From NCBI GenBank assembly GCA_019358915.1, contig JAHHIM010000002.1, forward strand, positions 96,001-160,000: a stretch of DNA of 64,000 nucleotides, written 5' to 3'. The DNA comes from Trichormus sp. ATA11-4-KO1 (GTDB lineage: Bacteria > Cyanobacteriota > Cyanobacteriia > Cyanobacteriales > Nostocaceae). A model generated the notes under the pieces. The model was not told where the DNA came from. It did no database searches and saw only the letters and a list, made by a program, of their open reading frames with translations. The position numbers and the translations under genes are program-made. Position 1 is the stretch's first letter; each line of letters begins with the position of its first letter. Below, piece after piece: positions 50,940 to 61,434 of the stretch.

Positions 50940-51548
50940 ATGAAAAGAATCATTACTTGGCTAAAAAATATTCGTCCTGTGAAAATTTTCACAGTATTTT
51001 TGGCAGGTATATTCCTATTTATGGCACAGGCTTGCAACCGTCCAGGAATAGCACAACAGCCACCACAACCTAATGCCCAACCACCTAATGTTGAGCGATA
51101 CGACCCCACTAAAGATTACGATCTCAATGCACCTGAAGGTGGGATGAATAATTTTAGTGATGTAGATCCTAGAGCCAAAGCAGCTGAAAGAGCCGCAAAT
51201 GCTCGGGCTGAGGCACTAGCTAAAAATGCTCGGAGAAATGTTGAACAAAAGGGTATTAATAGTTCCGAGCAATATGTTCGCAATTATCAAGAAGGTACCC
51301 CCTTAGACGAACGAGTCAAGCGCCTGGGTGCAGATGTTGGTAGTTCTGCTCAAGAATTAGGGGAAGGTGTGACTAAGGGGACTCAGCGCGGAGTCGAAAA
51401 TCTCCAAAAAAATACTGAACGTGCTGCCAAAGACTTGACTAAAAATGTCAAGCGCACAACTGATGACACCGTAACCAATGTTAAACGTCAAGCTCAGGAT
51501 ACAGCTGACGCAGCGAAAAGAACATTGAGAGAAGCTGATTTAGATTAG
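50940..51548 (+). CDS. LEA-like hydrophilic lipoprotein
   Basis: Lipobox AQAC; GGMNNFSDVDPR; amphipathic repeats. Confidence 0.78.
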   Translation: MKRIITWLKNIRPVKIFTVFLAGIFLFMAQACNRPGIAQQPPQPNAQPPNVERYDPTKDYDLNAPEGGMNNFSDVDPRAKAAERAANARAEALAKNARRNVEQKGINSSEQYVRNYQEGTPLDERVKRLGADVGSSAQELGEGVTKGTQRGVENLQKNTERAAKDLTKNVKRTTDDTVTNVKRQAQDTADAAKRTLREADLD

Positions 51549-51578
51549 TAGATCGGTATCTCCAAAATGGCATAGGAG

Positions 51579-51609
51579 AACCCTGGTTTCTTGAGGAAAC
51601 CGGGGTTTT
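51579..51609. terminator. Bidirectional terminator
   Basis: AACCCTGGTTTC..GAAACCGGGGTT plus T-run. Confidence 0.7.
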
Positions 51610-51623
51610 GGGATTATCAGTAA

Positions 51624-52901
51624 TTAGTGTTGATGTTCTAAATACCAACTCTGTAGCGCCAATCGCTGAACTTCGCGCCAGGAAATATTATGGTTTCGGG
51701 CTAATTCTGCACAATCTTCATATTCTGGCTGGACGTTAGCAATGCACTTGTCTGGCGCTTGTCCTTGCCATGCTACTTTGACGCGGACTTTGCCATATGC
51801 AATTTCCACTAGTTGAATTTCCCGTTGGAGGATAGCGCGCTGCTGGGTAGTCCGCCGAATTCCCAAAGTAGTGGTTTCGCGGAATAACACGGCTTCACAA
51901 GCTGGTAAATTTTCGGGATGACAGATGACAGTCAGTAAAATTCCGGGGCGGGACTTTTTCATGCCTATTGGCTGGGTGAAGACATCCAACGCACCAACAG
52001 CAAATAATGCTTCAAACACATAACCGATCGCCTGGGGATTTAAGTCGTCAATTTGGGTTTCCAGTACGGTAATGTTTTCTAAATTGGCACTAATATCACT
52101 AAAATTGCGGAAATCTGATTGTAAACTAGCGCTGTCGCCCAGCCAAAGACGTAATATATTAGGAATTGGTAAATTGATCGTCCCTGCTCCCAGTCCTACC
52201 TGTTTAATGGTCATTGGTGGTGGTGAACCAAATTCGGTAGCTAAGGTAGTGGCGATCGCCGCACCTGTGGGTGTCACTAGTTCCCGATCAATGCCGTTAC
52301 TATAAACAGGACAACTCCGCATTTCCCATAACTTTAATACTGCTGGTACTGGTACAGCCATTTGGCCGTGGGCGGCTCGTACTGTTCCCCCGCCTGTTGG
52401 TAACGCCGAGCAGTATAGTAGGGGTAATCCTTGATGATTGCTGGCAATTCCCAACCAATCCAACCCCAAGCAAGTGCCGACAATATCGACAATGGCATCT
52501 ACAGCACCTACCTCATGAAAGTGTACCTTCTCTGGTGCAATGCCATGTACTGCCCCTTCTGCTACTGCTAGCTGTCGAAATACCGCCAAACTCCAAGCTT
52601 CTGCCTGTGGTGGTAACTCAGCTTGGAGGATCATTTTTTCTATTTCTGGCAGGTGGCGGCCGTGGTGATGACTGTGTTCGTGGTTGTGGTGATGATGGTG
52701 TACCAAATCCACATAAACTTTCGTCGCCTGCTGACCATTGCGTTGCACAAGTTCGGCTCTTAACTTGTACTCTGGTGCAATTCCCAACTTATCGAGTTTT
52801 TCACTTAAATACTCTACAGGAACACCCAGACTGACTAACGCCCCCAAACACATATCACCAGAAATTCCCGTCGGACATTGAAGATAAGCAACTTTAATCA
52901 T
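51624..52901 (-). CDS. larC: Nickel pincer cofactor biosynthesis protein LarC
   Basis: GISGDM, His-rich loop, [28 protein letters not shown]. Confidence 0.93.
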   Translation of the reverse strand: MIKVAYLQCPTGISGDMCLGALVSLGVPVEYLSEKLDKLGIAPEYKLRAELVQRNGQQATKVYVDLVHHHHHNHEHSHHHGRHLPEIEKMILQAELPPQAEAWSLAVFRQLAVAEGAVHGIAPEKVHFHEVGAVDAIVDIVGTCLGLDWLGIASNHQGLPLLYCSALPTGGGTVRAAHGQMAVPVPAVLKLWEMRSCPVYSNGIDRELVTPTGAAIATTLATEFGSPPPMTIKQVGLGAGTINLPIPNILRLWLGDSASLQSDFRNFSDISANLENITVLETQIDDLNPQAIGYVFEALFAVGALDVFTQPIGMKKSRPGILLTVICHPENLPACEAVLFRETTTLGIRRTTQQRAILQREIQLVEIAYGKVRVKVAWQGQAPDKCIANVQPEYEDCAELARNHNISWREVQRLALQSWYLEHQH

Positions 52902-53067
52902 ATAGATAAATTAATCAGTTTTTCTTTTGAGATGTTGCACAATTATTGTGATGTAAATCTTTGCGTATTTGCGGTAGACAATCATCCATCCGTGAAAACA
53001 TGTGCAACGGTGAATTTTATATTTTTCCAAAAATGCCAAATTCCCCCACTCTCATCCAAAACCTTCC

Positions 53068-53718
53068 ATGGCAAAAATTTTCGCTGTCCATCCTGATAAT
53101 CCACAAATCCGCCGAATAGAGGAAATAAAGTCAGCGCTCTCTAGTGGCGCAGTTATGCTCTACCCTACTGACACAGTTTATGCCATCGGTTGTGATTTAA
53201 ATGCCAAGTCGGCAGTAGAACGAGTGCGACAAATTAAACAGCTAGCAAATGATAAACCATTGACATTTTTGTGTCCCTCACTATCAAATGTGGCAACTTA
53301 TGCCTTTGTCAGTGATACAGCTTATCGGATTATGAAGCGCTTGATACCAGGGACTTACACGTTTTTACTACCTGCTACCAAGTTAGTACCGCGACTGGTA
53401 CAAAGTCCCAAGCGAAAAACTACTGGGATTCGTGTGCCAGACCATACTGTATGCTTGGCATTATTGGCAGCGTTGGAAAATCCGATTATTTCGACTTCGG
53501 CACATCTACCACCAGATGATGAGCAAATAGAGCTAGATTCAGAACCTAGACTGTCGCGGGTAGAGCTGTTTGACCGTTTAGATAACTTAGTAGATGTAAT
53601 TATAGACACTGGTGAGGAACCAACATATGAAGTGTCTACGATTTTAGATTTGACGGGAGATGAACCAATGATGACAAGGCGAGGTTTAGGTTGGGAAGCA
53701 GCAGCAGCGTGGGTGTAA
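53068..53718 (+). CDS. Sua5/YciO/YrdC family protein
   Basis: YPTDTVY, GIRVP, STSAH, STILD. Confidence 0.9.
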   Translation: MAKIFAVHPDNPQIRRIEEIKSALSSGAVMLYPTDTVYAIGCDLNAKSAVERVRQIKQLANDKPLTFLCPSLSNVATYAFVSDTAYRIMKRLIPGTYTFLLPATKLVPRLVQSPKRKTTGIRVPDHTVCLALLAALENPIISTSAHLPPDDEQIELDSEPRLSRVELFDRLDNLVDVIIDTGEEPTYEVSTILDLTGDEPMMTRRGLGWEAAAAWV

Positions 53719-54084
53719 GAATCAAACACAAGCTGTTCCCTCCGTTTCGCAGAAATATAATAAAAAAGCTCCAGTTTTGAGATCGTCATACTTACAAGAA
53801 CTGGGAGTGGTGAGGATAGGACGGTGATAAAAGTTGATATAGCAAGTGTTTTAACCACTTTTAAGGCGTGGTAGATATTCATGTGCCATACTCAATGTGG
53901 TCGTTTGTGCAAAAAGCGACACACTACTTTCCCTGTAACTTTGTAAATTACCTACAGTCTTATATATGAGCAGTACTTGCAGTAGGCTTTGATGGATGAA
54001 TCTAAATATTTCTTCAGCCAATACTGGCCTGATTTGCTGTATCTGCGTTGTTGTTAAGGTGCGATACCACACCCAGGAAAATTC

Positions 54085-55305
54085 ATGAAAGCCAATCTCG
54101 CAAATCTACCAACTTCTAAATCCACCTTTTTTTCCCCTGTTTCGGACGAGGAATTACCAGCCGACAATCACAATGGCTTGAGACAACTGCTATGTCAGGA
54201 AATGCAAGCTCAAGTCAAAGCTGCATCTGAGTGTGTACAATCCGTAGCACAGCGCATAGCTACAGAAGTAAAACGCATTTGTGATAAAAGTTCTCGTATC
54301 CAAACATCTGGACAAATCCAGTCATGGCAGGTGACTTTGGCTAGACATCGCCTGCAAAAATGCCTGCATTACTACCAACTAGGTTCGCGACGGGGCAGAG
54401 TGGAATTACATAGTACTTTAGGTGCTATGGTTTACCGCCATGTCACAATTTCCGGTTCAGAGTTGGGGTTTGATGCTCGTTACAACCTGATTGAAGATTT
54501 TCTGCAAGCATTCTACATCGAAGCGATCAAAGCTTTTCGGCGGGAAAACAAACTGCCGGAAGATTATCAGCCGCGTACCCAGTTACAATTAGCCGAATAC
54601 ATAGCATTTACAGAGCAGTATGCCAAGCGGCGGATTAATTTACCTGGTGGGAATAATCAGCAATTGATTATCTTACGGGCCCAAGGTTTTGCACGTCGTC
54701 AACCCCAAGAAACTACTGTAGATATTGAGATGGCGGTGGAATCTGCCAAGAGTGAAGAAGCAGAATCTTACCAACGTAACTCGGCGGTGCAACAAATCAG
54801 GTCACAGATGATTGCACAATCTAACTTCGATCCCTCGGAAGAATCGGAGCGCGATCGCGTGGTGGCGGAATTGGTAAAATATCTAGAAGAGCAAGGTCAA
54901 TCTGACTGCGTAGACTACCTAACTCTCAAACTGCAAGACCTCTCAGCACCAGAAATTGACCAAATTTTGGGTTTAACCAGCCGTCAGCGCGACTATCTAC
55001 AGCAGCGTTTTAAATACCATGTGGAAAAATTCGCCAAACATCATCACTGGCAATTAGTACATCAATGGTTAGGTGCAGGCTTGGAGCAAAAATTGGGGTT
55101 GTCTTCCCAGCAGTGGGAAACCTTTGTGAGGGTACTTTCTTTAGAACAGCAGCAAATCTTGGAGTTGAAAATTGCTCAACAAAGTGACCAGGCGATCGCT
55201 AAAATCATTAAATGCACTCCTAAACAACTACAAAAGCGCTGGACTCAAATGCTAGAAATAGCATGGGCTATCCGCAATGGTCACACTGAAGTTCAAGCAG
55301 GCTAA
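54085..55305 (+). CDS. HetZ-related DNA-binding protein
   Basis: EVKRICDKS, GRVELHSTL, LGLTSRQRDYLQQRF HTH-like segment. Confidence 0.8.
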   Translation: MKANLANLPTSKSTFFSPVSDEELPADNHNGLRQLLCQEMQAQVKAASECVQSVAQRIATEVKRICDKSSRIQTSGQIQSWQVTLARHRLQKCLHYYQLGSRRGRVELHSTLGAMVYRHVTISGSELGFDARYNLIEDFLQAFYIEAIKAFRRENKLPEDYQPRTQLQLAEYIAFTEQYAKRRINLPGGNNQQLIILRAQGFARRQPQETTVDIEMAVESAKSEEAESYQRNSAVQQIRSQMIAQSNFDPSEESERDRVVAELVKYLEEQGQSDCVDYLTLKLQDLSAPEIDQILGLTSRQRDYLQQRFKYHVEKFAKHHHWQLVHQWLGAGLEQKLGLSSQQWETFVRVLSLEQQQILELKIAQQSDQAIAKIIKCTPKQLQKRWTQMLEIAWAIRNGHTEVQAG

Positions 55306-55497
55306 AACTGAATTTACCCAAACTCAATTTCGTTGATTACAGATGTTGTTACAAAGATATTTCCCCATCAACCAATCACGAAAAATTACTGTCACTGCTT
55401 TTCTGCATTGGGGCTAATTAGCAACGGAACATGGGGAAATAACCAAGAGTTTATCGTATTTATAAATTCGCAAAACTTGTAAAATTTAGATTATTTC

Positions 55498-55511
55498 AGT
55501 ACAAAAGTACC
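55498..55511 (+). promoter_or_regulatory. Candidate LexA box upstream of the nuclease gene
   Basis: AGTACAAAAGTACC fits RGTAC-N3-DGTWCB. Confidence 0.6.
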
Positions 55512-55645
55512 ATTAATTTATTAATATCAACCGACTTATCTAGCCTTATGCAGCCAAAATTAAAAATTCATATTAAGCAAATGACCATTTGTGACTCTTG
55601 CCGTGGAATCCTAGAATAAGCAGGACTTTTAGCAAAGGGTTGAGG

Positions 55646-56122
55646 ATGGCTCTGACTCAAGGTGGACGGGCAAATCAGGCTGGAAAGATTTTAGAAAGTA
55701 ATGTAGAAAGCATATTAACTGGACATGGTTATTTCCAAGTGGGGAACCATGTTACAAAAGACTTCTTATTAACTGCTAATTTATTAAAAAAACGCTACGC
55801 AAAACAAGTTTGTATTGGTGCAGGAATTTATCAAACTACCCTGAAGGTTGATTTTTACGTTGTCGGGTTACCGCTCATGCCATCTGAATTAATTATTGAA
55901 TGTAAATGGCAAGAAAGTGGTGGTTCAGTTGATGAAAAATTTCCTTATTTGAACATGAATATTCAAAACTATTACCCTGCACCAACTATGATAGTTATAG
56001 GCGGTGAAGGCATGAGAGAGGGAGCAATTAAATGGCTCAGACAACAAGTTACATATAATAATAATTTATTAGCGGTACACACTTTGGATAGATTTATTGC
56101 TTGGGCAAATAAAAATTTTTAA
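55646..56122 (+). CDS. PD-(D/E)XK restriction-endonuclease-like protein
   Basis: GKILE..VDF..IIECKWQESGGSVDEK; ATG 55646 (alternative TTG 55598). Confidence 0.8.
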   Translation: MALTQGGRANQAGKILESNVESILTGHGYFQVGNHVTKDFLLTANLLKKRYAKQVCIGAGIYQTTLKVDFYVVGLPLMPSELIIECKWQESGGSVDEKFPYLNMNIQNYYPAPTMIVIGGEGMREGAIKWLRQQVTYNNNLLAVHTLDRFIAWANKNF

Positions 56123-56952
56123 TAGGAAGTTATTAATAGTTCATAAATCATCCCTCGTCTTTTTGTATTACAGTTAATTGAGCGAGAGGCTACTATGGGA
56201 TAAATATTAAAATTAATTTGTTTATACAGTTTTCTGACTAATTCACAGTCAGAATTACATATCATCATTTTCACACCACGACTAGCTAATTCGGCACAAG
56301 CATCTCGCAAACGTTCTTGGTCTTTTTCACCGAAAGAATTGCGGTGATAACCTGTGAAATAACTAGTGTTACTTATGGGATGGTAAGGTGGATCTAGAAA
56401 GATAAAATCATCGCTACTCTTAGCATAATCGAGGACATTTGTAAAATCTGCCTGTCTAATCTCCGATGATGAGAGTGCTGCTGATGCTGCTCTTAGTAAA
56501 TCTTCTTGACAAATGTTGGGATTTTTATATCTACCCAATGGCACATTAAATTTACCTTGAGAATTGACGCGATAAAGTCCATTAAAACAGGTTTTATTAA
56601 GATAAATTAGACGAGATGCCTGTTCTAAATCAGTACCCCCAGGATAGGCTCTCACGTCATAATAATAATCTCTATTATGTTTATTTTTATGTTCTTTTAG
56701 TAAAGAAATTAATTCTTCAACATGGTCTCTCACACAGCGATAAGTAGTAATTAATTCTGCGTTAATATCAGTTAAAATTGCTGTTGATGGTTGGAGATAG
56801 AAAAAAATAGCACCACCACCTAAAAATGGTTCATAGTAAGTTTTATAATGCTTGGGAAAATAGGGAATATACTGTGGGATTAACCTGCTTTTTCCTCCAG
56901 CCCACTTTAAGAATGGCCGCGGGCAAGTTTCCTTGGGGATTTGACTTACCAT
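56119..56952 (-). CDS. dam: Dam-family DNA adenine methyltransferase (probably GATC; DmtA-like)
   Basis: KWAGGK, EPFLGGG, NGLYRVN..FNVP, DPPY. Confidence 0.92.
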   Translation of the reverse strand: MVSQIPKETCPRPFLKWAGGKSRLIPQYIPYFPKHYKTYYEPFLGGGAIFFYLQPSTAILTDINAELITTYRCVRDHVEELISLLKEHKNKHNRDYYYDVRAYPGGTDLEQASRLIYLNKTCFNGLYRVNSQGKFNVPLGRYKNPNICQEDLLRAASAALSSSEIRQADFTNVLDYAKSSDDFIFLDPPYHPISNTSYFTGYHRNSFGEKDQERLRDACAELASRGVKMMICNSDCELVRKLYKQINFNIYPIVASRSINCNTKRRGMIYELLITSY

Positions 56953-57099
56953 TTATTTACAATTTAACTGCAACTAGGCTAATAAATATAGCAGAAGAAC
57001 CATATTTTATGGTAATTGAGTAATTTTTTGGCTGCATAGATTACAATTAAATAGATATCAAACCAAATGTAAGTCTATAGCAAGGCAGTCTATATAAAA

Positions 57100-57306
57100 A
57101 TGTTTGACGGATTTTGGGATAACGTCTTTCGCTACCCCCGCTACTTCGTTACTATCCTCTTAGGGGTGTTTCTGAATACAATTGAGCCATTGATACCACT
57201 GTTAAAACGCCCAGTTACTTTGATTGCTCTCTTGGGTTTTTTTGTGGGTAGCCTAGTTTTTGTTACTCTCACCCTACGGGCAATGCTGGGTTTGAGTACA
57301 GTCTAA
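57100..57306 (+). CDS. DUF751 family membrane protein
   Basis: FWDNVFRYPRY..LRAMLG; upstream of rbfA. Confidence 0.88.
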   Translation: MFDGFWDNVFRYPRYFVTILLGVFLNTIEPLIPLLKRPVTLIALLGFFVGSLVFVTLTLRAMLGLSTV

Positions 57307-57428
57307 ACTAAGGCTATAGCGGGTGTTGACCCCACAGACAGTTGCTATTGGCGTTGCGTGCGTCAAGCTCTGTCCTCCCCCCTTTTATATATTTATGTCG
57401 TACAACCTCTGTGAGGAGGCAGAATTTT

Positions 57429-57830
57429 ATGGCTACAAATCGCCGCATTTCCCGCGTTGCTGAATTAATTAAACGGGAAGTTAGCCAAATGCTACTTAAC
57501 GGTATTAAAGATGATCGTGTGGGTACAGGCATGGTCAGTGTTACAGATGTAGATGTTTCTGGTGATCTGCAACATGCGAAAATCTACGTCAGTATTTATG
57601 GTACAGAGGAAGCAAAAGCAGAAACAATGGCAGGCTTAAGGTCAGCGACAGGTTTTGTTCGCAGTGAATTGGGTGCGCGGGTAAGATTACGTCGTACACC
57701 AGAGGTGATTTTTATTGAAGACGATTCTCTAGAACGCGGTACTAAAGTACTGACGCTCTTAAACCAACTCCAGTATGAGCGATCGCCAGTAGATTTGTCA
57801 GTAGCTGAAGATGATGAATCTTCGGTGTAA
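57429..57830 (+). CDS. rbfA: Ribosome-binding factor A
   Basis: [37 protein letters not shown]. Confidence 0.95.
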   Translation: MATNRRISRVAELIKREVSQMLLNGIKDDRVGTGMVSVTDVDVSGDLQHAKIYVSIYGTEEAKAETMAGLRSATGFVRSELGARVRLRRTPEVIFIEDDSLERGTKVLTLLNQLQYERSPVDLSVAEDDESSV

Positions 57831-58200
57831 GTAATTCATTATCCGTGGGTCTTCTCAATTCCTCATCCCATTTGCAGCGTTGTTATCAGTAATGTTACGA
57901 TTTTGCAACAAAATCAAATATTTTCTACCTTGATAAATTTACTGATAGCACCAATGGTTGGTTTAGCGAAAATTTATGATTCCCTAGCTCATTATTATAG
58001 TGGTAAATGAGCGGGTTTTTGAGCACCTAAATTGTCTTACCCCAATATTATGGTTCAAATTGGCATTCGTATTGCCCAAACTACTGCTAATCTTACATAG
58101 AGCTAGATAATTGCACTTTGTAACAGGTGTTTATCCGGAGCAAAGGATTTATCTACAGTGCTGTAATTCACCAGGCAAATTCTATTCTTTTTTAATAGAT

Positions 58201-58331
58201 TAAGTAGGTAGGCACAAATAAAATCAACTATGTAAAGAAAAATGAATCAGCTTAAAACCCTCTTCCCTTCTGCCTCCTGCCTTCTGCCTTCTGCCTTATC
58301 CTAGCGATAAATTTTCCCACCCACCTACTTA
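58201..58331. mobile_element. MITE-like element with 9-bp target-site duplication
   Basis: TIR TAAGTAGGT(A/G)GG; flanks TTAATAGAT / TTAACAGAT; internal CTTCTGC repeats. Confidence 0.78.
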
Positions 58332-58786
58332 TTAACAGATGTCACTTTCCAAGCTTCGTGGTGTACCTTAGTTTTCGTACTTTGCAATAGTTTATACCGA
58401 TTTTTCCGCTAGAAAGTTTGGATTGTTTAGCGATAAACAAATACCAGAATCTCGAAGCAAAAGCTTTACAGTGATGATTTAGTACATCAGCAATCTGCTA
58501 GATGAAATATTCTCGCCCACCCAATCATGACCAAAATCAACAGCCGCAAGACTTTGAACCGTATGAAATACAAATTACGCTACCTTGTCGGCAGGTTAAG
58601 TTAATCACCATTAAATCCTACTGTTGAGGTGTAGTTGCCGAAAAAGTCAGGAATTGTTGACATTCTTAACATTTCTTTAGATAATTTGAAGATATATAGC
58701 GTCAAAATGGAATCAGTTCCGTATAGCAAACTACAAAACCCTAGCCACAAGTCTAATTTTTGTCATGTTTGTTCCCAATAATTAGT

Positions 58787-58795
58787 GGGAATACT
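58787..58795 (+). promoter_or_regulatory. SigJ/SigF-type extended -10 box
   Basis: Exact GGGAATACT about 30 nt upstream of the DUF4327 gene. Confidence 0.55.
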
Positions 58796-58824
58796 ATCTA
58801 CGTGTAAATTTGTGAGTAAAAACC

Positions 58825-59061
58825 ATGAGTGTGAATACGGTGCCTTCTATCAATTACTATTCCCTGGACGTAATCCAAGACGAAGCACGCCGACTGGTGC
58901 AAAAAGGAATGGTCAGCCGACAACAGCCAATATATACACTCTGCCAATACATCCCCGCGAGAGAGTGGGTTTGCGTTGAATGTGAGTTAGAAAAATGTGA
59001 CTTCTTATTACGCGATCGCATAGGCGATTTGATTGGTCGTGAACAATGGGAGAACGATTAA
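58825..59061 (+). CDS. DUF4327 family protein
   Basis: YSLDVIQDEARRLV..RQQPIY..IPAREW..EQWEND. Confidence 0.9.
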   Translation: MSVNTVPSINYYSLDVIQDEARRLVQKGMVSRQQPIYTLCQYIPAREWVCVECELEKCDFLLRDRIGDLIGREQWEND

Positions 59062-59476
59062 TCAGTGTGTGCTTCAGATTTTGGATTGGGAGTTTATTTT
59101 GGATGTTTAAATTTGACAACAAACAATTAAATGTCTAATTTGAGGGATAATCTCTAGTTTTGATAAGTTTTTCCCGATCCAGAATCTTAGCTTTTCCATG
59201 AACGCGGAAGCATTAGAATCTTAATTTATACAATTTTTCAAGTTAAGACCACAATCAAATTAAGTTGTGATCACAATCCAGTGTAATAATTTAAGCATCT
59301 ATCTTATGTATATTTGCTGAATAGAGCAGTTTTATTTAGGAAACTGCCCTAGTAATTTTTCATAGTTTAAAACCGGGATTTGAAACTAAGTATAGTAGAG
59401 GACAGGGAACAGAATTGAAAATCTGTTGGTGTCCGGGTTTGGTGATTAGTTGATGCCCTAAGCTATGTGACAAATT

Positions 59477-59599
59477 GGCGTTGCTGAATCAAGGGATGAT
59501 TCTTGTGTGGTGGGCATCTTGCTCTCCCAGAAATACAAGGGACGGGCAAGATGCCCATACCACAAAACCAGCAAAATTATCCCGCAAATATGCAACGCC
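59477..59599. mobile_element. MITE-like element containing a REP-like hairpin
   Basis: TIR GGCGTTGC / GCAACGCC; internal TGGGCATCTTGC / GCAAGATGCCCA stem. Confidence 0.65.
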
Positions 59600-59609
59600 G
59601 AAAATTAAA

Positions 59610-59963
59610 TTACCCTACTTGCTCTAAATACTGGTTTACATCTTCAATAATTCGGGTAAGTTCAGCTTCTGTAGTTAAGCGAATGTTGACATTACGGATA
59701 GTCAGTAGGACTTTAGCAGCAAAGGGAGTAGGCCAAATATTAGGATTACAGAATACTTCTAAAAATACCTCACCACTATAGCGATACTCTAGAGGAGGCT
59801 GGGGAGTGGCTTTGCCACTACCTGGAGTAGGTTTAGCAGCGACAGCTTTGAGACGTTCCATTAATTGATCCGTTGCTGCCTTTAATTCCCGTGCTGCCTG
59901 GGTTGAAAAACTGAAGGTGACAGAACCTTCAACCAGATTCAGTGTGAGAGGAGTTGAAGACAT
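59610..59963 (-). CDS. Cyanobacterial hypothetical protein
   Basis: 117-aa ORF; LEVFCNPNIWPTPFAAKVL. Confidence 0.8.
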   Translation of the reverse strand: MSSTPLTLNLVEGSVTFSFSTQAARELKAATDQLMERLKAVAAKPTPGSGKATPQPPLEYRYSGEVFLEVFCNPNIWPTPFAAKVLLTIRNVNIRLTTEAELTRIIEDVNQYLEQVG

Positions 59964-60103
59964 GAGTTATTTATTAAAACTTATTGATAATAACCTATGT
60001 TACCGGAATCAGTGACCTGATATCTGGCAGTACTAACGCTCTGTGATACTGGTGATATCAGCCTCCCACTAGCGCAGTGATACACTAGCAAAAAATAAAA
60101 GCG

Positions 60104-60604
60104 CTATAAATTACATTTCAAAATAATATCTGATAATTCATGTGTTTTTCCTGGGCAAATATTAACAGCTGCCCCCAATTTCACGAATCCATAATTTTCA
60201 TAAAACGATATAGCTGCTAAATTATCGTAGTTTGTATATACCCAAAGCTCCTTAAATCCAAAAGCTAGTGCATATTCCTTTAATCGAGCCAGCATAATTG
60301 TGCCCCAACCTTGCCGGCGGAAGTGCGGACGCAAACCGAACCATCCCAGCCACACAACATCAGGAGGACTATCAACTAGTTGGTAAAGTCCAATAACACC
60401 TATTGATTCTGCTGCTAGCTTGGCAATATATACCTGCCACAAAGAAATTGATTGATCACGCCGGCCGATACCACACCACCTCAGCATTGCTAGGCTAAAC
60501 TGATCTCCAAATTCTAACTCTTTTAAAAGAGGCCAAAAATCTAGAATATCTGTTGTTTGGATAATTGTGAGTGAATTTGGGGGATAGTTATCAAGTTTCT
60601 GCAT
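60104..60604 (-). CDS. GNAT family N-acetyltransferase
   Basis: FRRQGWG acetyl-CoA motif; N.AAISFYENYGF. Confidence 0.87.
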   Translation of the reverse strand: MQKLDNYPPNSLTIIQTTDILDFWPLLKELEFGDQFSLAMLRWCGIGRRDQSISLWQVYIAKLAAESIGVIGLYQLVDSPPDVVWLGWFGLRPHFRRQGWGTIMLARLKEYALAFGFKELWVYTNYDNLAAISFYENYGFVKLGAAVNICPGKTHELSDIILKCNL

Positions 60605-60780
60605 AGATTATTTTATTTGAATAAATAATTAAATTTCTAGCTTTGTTGATTTCCATTATGAATTTAGCTTGCGTGGTGTACCAGCAAAGTGCAAGTCATT
60701 GGGCGAGTGGCGATGGCTATCTCGCCGCCGCATTGGTGATAATGAGTCAGTTTCATTTTTGCCTTTATTAGGAGTACCTT

Positions 60781-61404
60781 ATGAGTTTGGAGTGGTTGGA
60801 ATGGGCACAAAAGTTACAGGCAATTGCCCAAAATGGCTTGACTTATAGTAATAATCCGTATGATGTTGAGCGATACGAACAGGTGCAATTAATTGCATCT
60901 GAAATTATGGCAAAGTATACCAATACTGAACCAAGCTATGTCCTCGATTTATTTAGTTTAGAAAAAGGCTATGCTACTCCCAAAGTAGATGTCCGAGGGG
61001 CAGTTTTCCGCGACCAAAAACTTTTACTTGTTAGGGAAAGAGAGGATAATTGCTGGACGCTTCCAGGAGGATGGGTAGATATCGGCGAGTCTCCCAGTAG
61101 CGCAGTCGAGCGCGAGATATACGAAGAATCAGGTTATAAAACACAAGTTATCAAATTAGTTGCAGTTTATGATCGAAACCACCATCGTCACGGACACCCG
61201 CCTTTTGTACATCATGTATATAAGTTGTTTTTCCAATGTAAATTAATTGGTGGTGCAGCTACAGCCAGTATTGAAACCGAGGAAGCCGAATTTTTTGGAG
61301 AGCAGGAAATTCCAGAACTTTCCCTAACTCGTGTTGTTCCCAGCCAAATCAGTCGGCTATTTGAACATTACCGCAATCCTAACTTACAGACAGATTTCGA
61401 TTAA
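60781..61404 (+). CDS. NUDIX hydrolase with Nudix_N domain
   Basis: LQAIAQNGLTY, GYATPKVDVR, Nudix box GG..GES....REIYEESG. Confidence 0.92.
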   Translation: MSLEWLEWAQKLQAIAQNGLTYSNNPYDVERYEQVQLIASEIMAKYTNTEPSYVLDLFSLEKGYATPKVDVRGAVFRDQKLLLVREREDNCWTLPGGWVDIGESPSSAVEREIYEESGYKTQVIKLVAVYDRNHHRHGHPPFVHHVYKLFFQCKLIGGAATASIETEEAEFFGEQEIPELSLTRVVPSQISRLFEHYRNPNLQTDFD

Positions 61405-61434
61405 CTTTTATTAACAGTGAACCGCATAACTATA

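Noticed and set aside
59503..59781. 92-aa plus-strand ORF
   Set aside because: Starts inside a MITE hairpin and runs antisense to a better-supported gene
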